From Candidatus Latescibacterota bacterium (lineage in GTDB: Bacteria > Latescibacterota > UBA2968), in the NCBI GenBank assembly GCA_965204745.1, contig OZ242010.1, positions 4,480,001-4,544,000 of the forward strand: a DNA stretch of 64,000 nucleotides, in the 5' to 3' direction. The notes beneath the pieces are model-generated. The model ran no database searches and had not been told where the DNA came from. It was given only the letters and a program-made list of their open reading frames with translations. Position 1 is the first letter of the stretch; every line of letters begins with the position of its first letter. The position numbers were made by a program, and so were the translations under genes. Shown piece by piece: positions 26,767 to 35,925 of this stretch.

Positions 26767-28370
26767 GCCGAGTTGTGGTTTTGTCGGCGGCGATTTTATT
26801 TTTTGCCGGATTCGCACAGGCACAAGTTCCACCCGATTTTGTGCCGGGAAGCGCGTTGCACGACGTGTACTGTCGCGCCTGCGCGCATTTCTATCCCGAG
26901 GTCTTGCCCGTCGACAGCGAGTTTCGCTTGGACAGAGCGGTTTGCGGCACATCTGCACTGCTGGGCTTGCGGGCGAATTGGGACCGCTTGCCGGCATCGG
27001 CCAAAGAGGCGTTTGCATTTCTCCTGCAGCGGCCCGTTTTGAGGGAGTCGATCCTGTCGTCGGAAGGTCATTTCAAAATTCACTACAATACCACGGGGAT
27101 CGACGCGGTCGATCCCACGGACGCAGACAGCAATGGGGTGCCGGATTACGTGGATGAGGCCGCCCGCACGTTTGAGGCCGTATGGGATTTGCAAATCGAC
27201 CAGATGGGCTACGATCCGCCGCCGTCCGATGGCGATGGCGTGTACGATATTTACATCAAAAATCTCGCTCGCCAGGGCGCTTATGGCTTTACCTATCCGA
27301 TAGCCTACCCGGAAACGATCACCCCGAGTTATATGGAAATCGACAATGATTTTAGGGATAATATTTACGCTTCGCGCGGCGTGGATGGCTTGCGCGTGAC
27401 CGCGGCGCACGAGTTTTTTCACGCGATTCAATTTGCGTATTACGCCGACTATGGCGCGGCGTGGTGGCAGGAACTCACGGCCACGTGGATGGAGGATGTG
27501 GCCTATCCCGACGTCGATGATTTTTATCAGTATATGCGCTGTCCGAGTGTTTATTCGTGTTTTTACGATACGCCCGAAGCGTCATTGGACTCGGATGCCG
27601 ACCTCCGTGAATTTGGCGCGTCCATTTTCGCGCACCACGTCGAGCAGATCTACGGCGCGGATGCGATAAAAAATGTTTGGGCACACCTCCGAGCGCGCGA
27701 CCCGAGCACCTATCGCTTGTCGCTGATTGACGAGGCCATGCCCTTGGGGGGTTTCGCCCAAGTGATGCCGCGGTTTTCCGCGTGGAATTATTTGACCGGC
27801 ACACACGCGAGGGACGGATATTACACGGAGGCGAGGGAGTTACCGACCATTGAGCACGCCGATGTTTTCCTGGGAACGGGCGGATATCGCGACGGGTCTG
27901 CGGCTGTGGATCACTTGGGGACGACCTACATTTCCGTGCCGACGTCAAGCGTCGCGGGCGGGCTTCGCGGGACGTTCGCGTTGGACGCAGCCGGGGAATG
28001 GACCCTGTTGGTGTTGCTGATTTCACAATCCGGCGTGGAACTGCTGTGGCCGCGTGGAACGACGGTGGTGATTCCGGATGCGAGTCGGTTTGACGAGGTG
28101 GTGTTTGTGGCGATGGAGACTTCGCTTTCCGGGACGCGGCGGCGCGTGGCTTACACCCTAGCCACCGGGGGTAGCACCGCGACCGATCTCGTGGGCGATC
28201 TCGATGGCGATGGGCGCGTTGCGTTTGCCGATTTTGTGCGCTTTGCCGATAGCTATGGGCGGTTGCACACGGACGCGGCGTACGAACTCAGAGCGGATTT
28301 CAACGGGGATGGCCCCATCGATTTTTGGGATTTCCTCATTTTTGCTTCTCATTTTGGCGAATCGCGTTAA
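26763..28370 (+). CDS. Secreted HEXXH metalloprotease-like protein (MXAN_6640-like) with C-terminal dockerin-like module
   Basis: Signal peptide AQA, HFKIHY..NGVPDYV, TAAHEFFHAIQFAY, WWQELTATWMED; two DxDGDG EF-hand loops at the C-terminus. Confidence 0.8.
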   Translation: MSRVVVLSAAILFFAGFAQAQVPPDFVPGSALHDVYCRACAHFYPEVLPVDSEFRLDRAVCGTSALLGLRANWDRLPASAKEAFAFLLQRPVLRESILSSEGHFKIHYNTTGIDAVDPTDADSNGVPDYVDEAARTFEAVWDLQIDQMGYDPPPSDGDGVYDIYIKNLARQGAYGFTYPIAYPETITPSYMEIDNDFRDNIYASRGVDGLRVTAAHEFFHAIQFAYYADYGAAWWQELTATWMEDVAYPDVDDFYQYMRCPSVYSCFYDTPEASLDSDADLREFGASIFAHHVEQIYGADAIKNVWAHLRARDPSTYRLSLIDEAMPLGGFAQVMPRFSAWNYLTGTHARDGYYTEARELPTIEHADVFLGTGGYRDGSAAVDHLGTTYISVPTSSVAGGLRGTFALDAAGEWTLLVLLISQSGVELLWPRGTTVVIPDASRFDEVVFVAMETSLSGTRRRVAYTLATGGSTATDLVGDLDGDGRVAFADFVRFADSYGRLHTDAAYELRADFNGDGPIDFWDFLIFASHFGESR

Positions 28371-29164
28371 TGGAGCACCTTGTGATTGCATTGCGAAAAG
28401 ATCGAGAATTGGAGTTGATGGTCGAAGCCAACCGGGTCGTGGGCATGGTGCATCGCGTGCTCAAACCGCTGATTCAACCGGGGATAACGACGAGGGAATT
28501 GGACGAGGTGGCCGAAAAAGTGATCCGCGCCCACAGCGCAGAACCCGCGTTTAAGGGCTATCGGTTGAACGAGTGTGAGGTCGCGTATCCGGCCGCGACC
28601 TGCATTTCGATCAACGAGCAGGTGGTACACGGGATTCCCGGCAATCGCAGGTTGATGGATGGCGATATCGTCAGCATCGATGTCGGCGCGAAACTGCGCG
28701 GGTACTACGGGGATCAGGCCATTACGCGCGTTGTCGGCGAGATTTCCGACCGGGAAAAGGAATTGCTCGAGGTGACGCGCGAGGCATTGTTCAAGGGCAT
28801 TGAACAAGCGGTCGCCGGGCGGCGCCTGAGCGATATTTGCGGCGCGGTGCAACGCTGGGTCGAGCGATTCGGGTTTTCCGTGGTGCGGCAGTTCGTCGGG
28901 CACGGCATCGGGCGCAGGTTGCACGAAGACCCCGCAGTGCCCAATTACCTGCCGCTGGATCGGGACCCGCGATTGCGAAAGGGGATGGTGCTCGCGATTG
29001 AGCCAATGGTCAATTTGGGCACGCACGATGTGGTGGTCGCCGATGATGGCTGGACCGCATCTACTGCCGATGGGTTGCCCTCGGCGCATTTTGAGCATGT
29101 GGTGGCGATTACACATGCCGAGCCGCGGATTTTGACGATGTTCGAGGAAGAGATCAATGGGTAA
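28370..29164 (+). CDS. map: Methionine aminopeptidase type I
   Basis: CISINEQVVHGIP, DIVSIDVG, GHGIGRRLHEDP, AIEPMVN, SAHFEH. Confidence 0.96.
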   Translation: MEHLVIALRKDRELELMVEANRVVGMVHRVLKPLIQPGITTRELDEVAEKVIRAHSAEPAFKGYRLNECEVAYPAATCISINEQVVHGIPGNRRLMDGDIVSIDVGAKLRGYYGDQAITRVVGEISDREKELLEVTREALFKGIEQAVAGRRLSDICGAVQRWVERFGFSVVRQFVGHGIGRRLHEDPAVPNYLPLDRDPRLRKGMVLAIEPMVNLGTHDVVVADDGWTASTADGLPSAHFEHVVAITHAEPRILTMFEEEING

Positions 29165-29777
29165 TTTTATTCGGACCCGTTACGCGCTACGCTTCGTTGT
29201 AGGCTACGCCTGTGCCTACGAGGAAAAGGGGAAGAACGTCTCCCCTCCCCGTCTCGGGGAGGGGCCGGGGGAGGGGTCACATTTCGTTTCAAGACAATTT
29301 CTTAGAGTCGTTTGCAGTCTGATAGTCGTGCTGATGTCTTGTAGCCAGCACTACGAAGAAGGGGCGCATCCGCCGCCAAAGCCGCCGTCTGGTTCCGAGT
29401 CTCCTGCGCCAAAGCCGCCGACCGAGTCTGCCCTTGTGGTTTCCGGGACGATTCGATTGGCCGAGGGCTTTGACGCACGTATTGGACGCGATGCCGCGCT
29501 GTTTATCATTGCGCGTCCTGCCCCGGTGGGCGGCCCGCCCTTGGCCGTGAAACGGCTCGACATTCCCGCATTCCCGCACGATTACGCGCTGATGCAAAGC
29601 GACGCGATGATAGAGATCAACTGGGATGAGATTGACGCGCTGTACGTTTCCGCCAAAATTGACGCGGACGGCCGCGTCGGTGGCGCGACGACCGGCGACC
29701 TCGAAGGCATCCACGCGCACAACCCGGTCGCGCCCGGCGCTGTGGATGTGGATATTGTGATCGATAAAGTGCATTGA
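29157..29777 (+). CDS. Putative lipoprotein with CycH/CcmI C-terminal-like domain; REP-like element in N-terminus
   Basis: LIVVLMSC lipobox, Pro-rich linker, LFIIAR..GGPPLAVKRL..FP..VSAKIDADG..GDLEG. Confidence 0.7.
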   Translation: MGNFIRTRYALRFVVGYACAYEEKGKNVSPPRLGEGPGEGSHFVSRQFLRVVCSLIVVLMSCSQHYEEGAHPPPKPPSGSESPAPKPPTESALVVSGTIRLAEGFDARIGRDAALFIIARPAPVGGPPLAVKRLDIPAFPHDYALMQSDAMIEINWDEIDALYVSAKIDADGRVGGATTGDLEGIHAHNPVAPGAVDVDIVIDKVH

Positions 29778-29814
29778 TGCGCGTAGAGATATGAATCCCG
29801 AGGAAGGCAACGCC

Positions 29815-30063
29815 ATGAAGAACGCCAAGTGCAACTTCTGCGGGAGTGAACGTTGCGAAGAGCGACGCATTGACTATCTTTATAGGCACCGAGATCAATA
29901 CCTATTGGTGCCCAACACGCCGGTCGAAATCTGCCTTCACTGCGGCATGATCTACTACGATGCTGCCGTGCTCAAGGAAATCGAACGCCGCTTCTTTTCC
30001 ATTCAAAATAAGCGAGAAGAACCCGACCGGTACATCGAGATGCCGACCGTGGCGTACTCTTGA
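29815..30063 (+). CDS. YgiT-type zinc-finger protein (MqsA N-terminal-like), no cognate toxin adjacent
   Basis: KCNFCG...VPNTPVEICLHCGMIYY. Confidence 0.8.
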   Translation: MKNAKCNFCGSERCEERRIDYLYRHRDQYLLVPNTPVEICLHCGMIYYDAAVLKEIERRFFSIQNKREEPDRYIEMPTVAYS

Positions 30064-30072
30064 GAAATCGCT

Positions 30073-31794
30073 ATGGACTACACGATTATTCACGCGACGC
30101 ATGAGGCCATTCAAAAAGCCGGGGGGATCGGCACTGTGCTCGAGGGGTTGATCACCTCGGCGGTGTATCAAAAAGCCGTGACGCGATCCTTTCTCGTAGG
30201 CCCTCTGTTGCACCTCGACGATGAAGACCTCCTCGCGGCGAGCGGCGAAGTGCGGTTCTCGACGATTTCCGGGGTGCAAAATACCCCGCATGCCAACGCG
30301 CTCGACCACATAGCCGAGCGCTACAATGTCAATCTCGTGTACGGGACGCGGCAATTCGCAGATGGGGCAGAGGCCGATGTGTTGCTCGTGGATGCCGCAG
30401 ACATTAACCCGCGGCGGTCGCGCAATTTCAAATACAATCTCTACCGGCACTTTGGCCTGACGTCTGACCGATACGATTCGGTCGCGGATTACGCGCTGTA
30501 TGTCGATATCGCCGAAGTGGCCTACGAAGCGGTTTCCGATTTGATCGGCGCCGCGCCCGGGCCGCATATTGTGCTCGCGCACGAGTATATGGGCATGCCC
30601 GTCGCACTCAAGGCGATCATGGAGGACGACCCGCGCTTTCGAACCGTTTTTTACGCGCACGAGGTGGCGGCCATGCGCGGGATTGTGGAGAGCCACCCCG
30701 GGCACGATGTCATGTTTTACAATGCGCTGGCACGCGCATTATCACAGGGCGAAACCGTCGCGGATTTGTTTGGCGATCAGTCCGATTATTACCGGCACGC
30801 GCTGGTGCAACTGGCATCGCACTGCGATGGGATCTTCGCCGTGGGCGATCCCACGCTCGACGAACTGCGCTTGATGGGATTTGGAGATCGGCACATCGAC
30901 TTGGTGTACAACGGCATTCCCGCCGGGCGAATTTCCCACGCAGAAAAATCGCGCTCGCGCTCGCGCCTGTTGCAATACGCGCAAAACTTGCTCGGGTACG
31001 CGCCGGATGTGGTGATGACGCACGTCACAAGGCCCGTGATCAGCAAGGGACTGTGGCGCGATTTGCTCGTGTTGACGCACCTCGATAACCTGTTGCAGGA
31101 CAAGGGCCAGACCGGGGTGTTTTTCGTGCTGACGACCGCGGCCGGGCCGCGCGAGTTGCGCGATGTGGAAACCATGGAAGCCGAATACGGGTGGCCGGTC
31201 GTCCACCGCAAAGGGCATCCTGACTTGGTCGCGAGCGAGGTGGATATCTGGGCGGATATCGAGGCGTTTAACCGAGAGGCAACAGCCGTGCGGGCCGTTC
31301 TGGTCAATCAATTTGGATGGGATAGGGCGAGTTGCGGGCAGCGCATGCCCCGCGGGATGGCCTTTGCGGATTTGCGCCAGGGCACGGATGTCGAATTTGG
31401 GCAGTCGATTTACGAGCCGTTTGGCATTGCGGTGCTCGAGCCCCTGACCTTTGGCGCGTTGTGCGTGCCGAGCAGCGCGTGCGGGTGTTGCGGATTTTTG
31501 GATCGCATCGCGAGCAAAAATATTGCGGATCACGTCCTCGTGGCGGATTATACGGCAGATGTCGCGCTAGATGGCGATGCCCGCGCTATCGGGGGACATG
31601 AACGCCAGCTTCAAGAGGGCAAAGTGGCGCGAAAAGTCGCACGGGAGATCGCGAGCGCGTTGCCCACGTCCGACGAGGAACGCGAGGCGCGATTGCACGC
31701 AGGCTATGCACTGGCCGCGCACATGAGTTGGGATCGCGTGTGCGAGGCGTTCTTTTTGCCCGGCATCCAACGCGCGATTTCGCGTTGTACATAG
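30073..31794 (+). CDS. GT-B glycosyltransferase, glycogen synthase (GT3)-like
   Basis: HEAIQKAGGIGTV, AHEYMG, VYNGIP, SIYEPFG. Confidence 0.7.
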   Translation: MDYTIIHATHEAIQKAGGIGTVLEGLITSAVYQKAVTRSFLVGPLLHLDDEDLLAASGEVRFSTISGVQNTPHANALDHIAERYNVNLVYGTRQFADGAEADVLLVDAADINPRRSRNFKYNLYRHFGLTSDRYDSVADYALYVDIAEVAYEAVSDLIGAAPGPHIVLAHEYMGMPVALKAIMEDDPRFRTVFYAHEVAAMRGIVESHPGHDVMFYNALARALSQGETVADLFGDQSDYYRHALVQLASHCDGIFAVGDPTLDELRLMGFGDRHIDLVYNGIPAGRISHAEKSRSRSRLLQYAQNLLGYAPDVVMTHVTRPVISKGLWRDLLVLTHLDNLLQDKGQTGVFFVLTTAAGPRELRDVETMEAEYGWPVVHRKGHPDLVASEVDIWADIEAFNREATAVRAVLVNQFGWDRASCGQRMPRGMAFADLRQGTDVEFGQSIYEPFGIAVLEPLTFGALCVPSSACGCCGFLDRIASKNIADHVLVADYTADVALDGDARAIGGHERQLQEGKVARKVAREIASALPTSDEEREARLHAGYALAAHMSWDRVCEAFFLPGIQRAISRCT

Positions 31795-31861
31795 CGAACC
31801 ATTTGACGCCTTGAGGCGTGTAAGGCGAGTGCAGAGTGGAGGGCATAGCCTCTCTTATATC

Positions 31862-32331
31862 TTATACCAAATTTGATTTTATATTGTCCGCATCCTGCCT
31901 CACATCAGAGATGAATGAGGAACAGACATTGCTTGCCTCAAGCGTTTGGTCCTAAAGCCTCGTTGGTTGCCTCCGATGCCTTCGGCGACTTACTTTTTTT
32001 CAACAGCAAAAAAAAGTAAGCGAGCGGGGTACAACTGCCCTAGCAGTTCAAAAATGCCGCTCTCAAACGCCGAGGGGCTTGCACAGCGCAAAGCGCTTTT
32101 GTAACAGAACGATATACGCCAGCCTGCAAGGTGGGTTGCAAGATGGGCGTTGGTTGCGAGACGGCCTTGCGCGCTGTGCGTGATGGCTTGATCGGAGGGT
32201 GTTTTGCGATGGCACTTGTTGGGATGCCTGCTTTGAACTGCGGAACGTCAGGGCTTGATTTTCTCGATAAACCGCTCGTGCCTTTGAACGGGCTATCGCC
32301 TTTTGTGCCTTTTGTGCCTTTTGTGGCTAAA
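31862..32331. repeat. Dispersed long repeat family C, copy 2 (inverted)
   Basis: Reverse complement shares blocks such as ACAAAAGCGCTTTGCGCTGTGCAAGCCCCTCGGCGTTTGAGAGCGGCATTTTT with 22339-22391. Confidence 0.8.
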
Positions 32332-32374
32332 ATCCCATCTTTCCTCTCGCCCTTCAATTGATCGGGTTGACGAT

Positions 32375-33574
32375 ATGATGAAAAAACGATTTCTATTGAT
32401 TTTCGCGCTCGCCGCATTGCTCGGCGGGTGCAGTACCGAGAAGCGCAATCCAGCGGGCGGGGCCTTGGTTGGGCGCGATGCAGGGGATGCGGTCGCAGTG
32501 TCCGATATTCCGCTGCGGCCCGCGTTGTCCCGATCCTTTCAGATGCGATTTTTCCCCATTCGCATGGGGGAACGAGAGGAATTGCTGGTCGGGCAGATGA
32601 ATGGGTTTTTGTTGCGGAGCCTGTTGCGTTTCACCGTGCCTATCGGCACATGGGCTGAAAATGCGGGCGGCACAGCAACGGAGTTGACGCTCGATTCCCT
32701 GCGTGTCAACTTGGGCATTCGGGCCTCGCGCCTGGTCGAAAATGCGTCTCTTGCCGCGCTGATACCCGATTCGCCGTGGGAAGAACTCCAAACTTTTGTC
32801 GATACGCTCTCCCTGACCGAGACCGAGGTGCTGGCGACGCCCATTGCCGGCGCGGTAACGCAGGTGCTCGAAAACCGCGTGCAGATCGCGTTGCCGGTGT
32901 CGGTCTTGGAGGATGCGCGACGGGCAGAACCCAATCTGCCGACTGTGGAACTCCTATTGCAACCCGAGGGCGCGGCGGAGTTTTTGCTCGATCTCTTTGC
33001 ACGCGAAGCCACGTCCGCTGATTCGGCCCATCCCACCTTGGAAGTGGTGTATCGGGTGGGCGAGGTGTCCGAGCGCGAGGTGGTTCAAGTCGATGCGGAT
33101 ACCTATTGGAATGCGCGGGTCGATGGCGGGCCGCCGGAGGATTTGCTGATTCTCTCCGAAGGCTTGTTTTACGGTAGCATCCTGCATTTTGACCTGCCCG
33201 CGGAGATTCCCCCGGGCGCGACCATCAATTCGGCCAAATTGCGGTTTGCGATGGATCTGGATCGCTCCTATTTTTCGTCTTTGCCCTTTGGCATCTATCG
33301 CCTGACGTTTTCAGAAGGCGCGCGCGACACCGCGTTCACAGCGTATCATACGGACATAGAAGCCGAACCGACAACCGCGACTTATACCTTCAACCAAACC
33401 CTGATTCAGGAGTGGGTATCGGGCGTGCGGGAGAATCAGGGCTTGGCATTGTCGCCGCTCGATTTTACCACGTCGATATTGGGGGTGCCCATAACTTCGC
33501 CCCCGCTCATCAGGTGGCTCGTTTTGAAAGACGTGCGTTTGGACCTCATCTACTCCACACCTCCGGAATTGTAA
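32375..33574 (+). CDS. Putative lipoprotein of unknown function
   Basis: MMKKRF..LLGGC lipobox; LHFDLP..GATINSAKL beta-sandwich motif. Confidence 0.75.
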   Translation: MMKKRFLLIFALAALLGGCSTEKRNPAGGALVGRDAGDAVAVSDIPLRPALSRSFQMRFFPIRMGEREELLVGQMNGFLLRSLLRFTVPIGTWAENAGGTATELTLDSLRVNLGIRASRLVENASLAALIPDSPWEELQTFVDTLSLTETEVLATPIAGAVTQVLENRVQIALPVSVLEDARRAEPNLPTVELLLQPEGAAEFLLDLFAREATSADSAHPTLEVVYRVGEVSEREVVQVDADTYWNARVDGGPPEDLLILSEGLFYGSILHFDLPAEIPPGATINSAKLRFAMDLDRSYFSSLPFGIYRLTFSEGARDTAFTAYHTDIEAEPTTATYTFNQTLIQEWVSGVRENQGLALSPLDFTTSILGVPITSPPLIRWLVLKDVRLDLIYSTPPEL

Positions 33575-33575
33575 T

Positions 33576-34739
33576 ATGATGCGAATCTTGCTCGCTTTGG
33601 GTCTCGCGCTCGCGCTGGTGTTGCCGGCGCAGGCGAAGACGATTTTTTCTTTTTCTGGCATTGGCGATCCGGTCAGGCGCGTGGATGCGCGGTCGCGCAG
33701 TATGGGCGGCGCGGGCCGCTCGCTCGCCGATGGCCTCAATTTTTCCTCGCACAACCCCGCGCTGTTGGCGTCTTTTTTGAGGGCCGCGGCGAGTGTGCAA
33801 TTTGGGGTGCAACACCGGTTTTTGACCGGGGACCGCGCTGTCAATGACGGCGATGTGGGGGCGTTTCAAGTCGTGCTGCCGATGGGGCGCGGGCCGGTTT
33901 TGGGCATTGGCCTCGAGCCGCTTACCGATATGGATTTCGGCGCGGTTACAGATCGCGGCACGGGTGATTTGGCGTATCGGTTGGAGGTGGAAGCGACCGG
34001 GGGCATCCAAGCGATTTCCTTCGGGCTTGGGCATCGGTTCGGGCGCAAGTTTTTGGTGGGCGGGCGCGTCAATTGGGTGGCGATGGGCACGTTGAACGAG
34101 TCTTGGTTGAAGAATTTTGACCGCGATGATGTGTTTTTTTCCCGGGACGAAATCACGCGCACGCACCGCGGATGGTCGCCATCACTTGGCGTCATCGCCA
34201 TGCCCACGCCGCGCTGGAGCCTGGGCGCGACTGTCGATATCGGAGGCACTATCAGACAGCGTCAGATCCAAAAAAATCGCTTTGTGGATCAAAACCTAGC
34301 CCGCGAGGTCACGACCGAGAGCGACGTGGAACTGCCCCGGGAATTTGGCGCGGGCATCACCTATTTTGCGGGCTATCGCTGGCTGGCATCGGTCGATGTG
34401 TCGCGGGGGTTGTGGGCCGCGACTGGTAGCGGGCGGTTCGATACTTGGGATATCAGCGCGGGGATGTTGTGGCGCGCGGGAAGCCCGGACCCGCTGGTGC
34501 GGAGCCGCCGCTTTGAACTCTGCGCGGGCGTGCATTACCGATCCCTGTATTTTCCGACGACATCCGGCGAGCAGATCGGCGAATGGGGGGCCAGCTTTGG
34601 CTTTGCATTGCCGTTTGTAAAAAACAGCGGGCGGTTTCGCTATACGGTCGAGGTGGGAAGGCGCGGCAACCACGCCGCGCACGGCGCGTCAGAGCGGTTT
34701 ATCCAGCAGGTTTTTTCCGTGGTCGGTTTTGCAAAATAA
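33576..34739 (+). CDS. Outer-membrane beta-barrel protein (FadL-like)
   Basis: Signal peptide AQA, ARSRSMGGAG..NPALLA hatch motif, amphipathic beta strands. Confidence 0.75.
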   Translation: MMRILLALGLALALVLPAQAKTIFSFSGIGDPVRRVDARSRSMGGAGRSLADGLNFSSHNPALLASFLRAAASVQFGVQHRFLTGDRAVNDGDVGAFQVVLPMGRGPVLGIGLEPLTDMDFGAVTDRGTGDLAYRLEVEATGGIQAISFGLGHRFGRKFLVGGRVNWVAMGTLNESWLKNFDRDDVFFSRDEITRTHRGWSPSLGVIAMPTPRWSLGATVDIGGTIRQRQIQKNRFVDQNLAREVTTESDVELPREFGAGITYFAGYRWLASVDVSRGLWAATGSGRFDTWDISAGMLWRAGSPDPLVRSRRFELCAGVHYRSLYFPTTSGEQIGEWGASFGFALPFVKNSGRFRYTVEVGRRGNHAAHGASERFIQQVFSVVGFAK

Positions 34740-34754
34740 CAACGGCGGGACAAT

Positions 34755-35915
34755 TCAAACGGCTTGTGTCCGGGGCGTGCGCGCCCGGAGGCGGCCGTTT
34801 TTTATTTTTTGAATGACCGGGTCGGTCAGCAGGTAGAGGAAGGACAGGCCAACCCCCGTGCATAAGAAGTACAGGGGGACTGCTGCGGGAGCAATGGATT
34901 CGAGGCAGACCATCGCGAGGAGGCCCTGCGGCAGGAGCGGCAACCAGGCGCGCACGGATTGCGCGGCGAAGCGGCGCGACAGCAGACCCCCTGCAATTTT
35001 GCCCAAAACCATCGCCGCAATCAGCGCGAAAAAGTGGGGGGGAACAGGGGGGATGGGCCACGCAAAACCGCTGACATAGTGCGCCAGAGCAAAGCCGATG
35101 AGGACTTCGGCTTTGGGCAGACGCGCGCGCGGCCTCAAGCCGCGTTTGGTTCGGCAGGACAAGGCGAGGCCCGCGGTCCAAGCCAAAAACAGGGGCGGAA
35201 CGCCCAGATGCCACGAGGCCAAGGCGATCGGGAACGCGAGGCCGAGCCAACTCGTAAATTGCCCGGTGGGCGTGCGGATCTGCCGCAGCCAGTGGTGGGA
35301 CAATTCAATGCCGACAAGCCCGATCAGAACGGCCAAGGCGATGTCTGCCGCGCGGTCTGGCGAAACGCGATTGTTCCAGATCGCATCCCCCAGATCGACG
35401 AGCGAGAACAAAAACAGCCCCATGGTCGCGACGAGCAACGACAGGGGCCAGGTGTCTCGCAAGGTGTGTTCGGCGCGTTCCAAAAATACCGGGGCAGAAA
35501 TGCCGGACAAGATGGCGAGTTGTACTGCGGAGAGCCAGGGCAGGTCAAAGAAGATGAGCGCGAGAAACGCGGTCAGCACGGGCGCGAGATACAGGCAGAG
35601 ACCGCCCGCGAGCAAGCGCGGATTGGCAAACAGGGGGCGGGAGATCGGCGTGCCCAAGTAAAGGCCGACCCATGCCAGGGCCACATCGGCAAAGGGCTGC
35701 AAATTTTGATGGTTTTCAGGGGTTATGATGGGCGCGTAACCCAGTGCGAGGCCCGCGGCGATCACGCCCATCACGCTGGGCAATTTGGCGCGGTTGCCCA
35801 AGCGTGCGCCCACCATCGCGGCCGTCATCAAAAAGCCCACGAGCGCCATGAGCGGCGGCGAGGGGAGCAGCCAAATTGCGATGCCAATACCGAGTGTGAT
35901 GCACAGCAGACGCAT
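34755..35915 (-). CDS. Multi-pass membrane protein, cation:proton antiporter-like
   Basis: KLPSVMGVIAAGLALG, GKIAGG, LLPQGLLA; 12 or more hydrophobic segments. Confidence 0.6.
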   Translation of the reverse strand: MRLLCITLGIGIAIWLLPSPPLMALVGFLMTAAMVGARLGNRAKLPSVMGVIAAGLALGYAPIITPENHQNLQPFADVALAWVGLYLGTPISRPLFANPRLLAGGLCLYLAPVLTAFLALIFFDLPWLSAVQLAILSGISAPVFLERAEHTLRDTWPLSLLVATMGLFLFSLVDLGDAIWNNRVSPDRAADIALAVLIGLVGIELSHHWLRQIRTPTGQFTSWLGLAFPIALASWHLGVPPLFLAWTAGLALSCRTKRGLRPRARLPKAEVLIGFALAHYVSGFAWPIPPVPPHFFALIAAMVLGKIAGGLLSRRFAAQSVRAWLPLLPQGLLAMVCLESIAPAAVPLYFLCTGVGLSFLYLLTDPVIQKIKNGRLRARTPRTQAV

Positions 35916-35925
35916 GGGAATCGCC

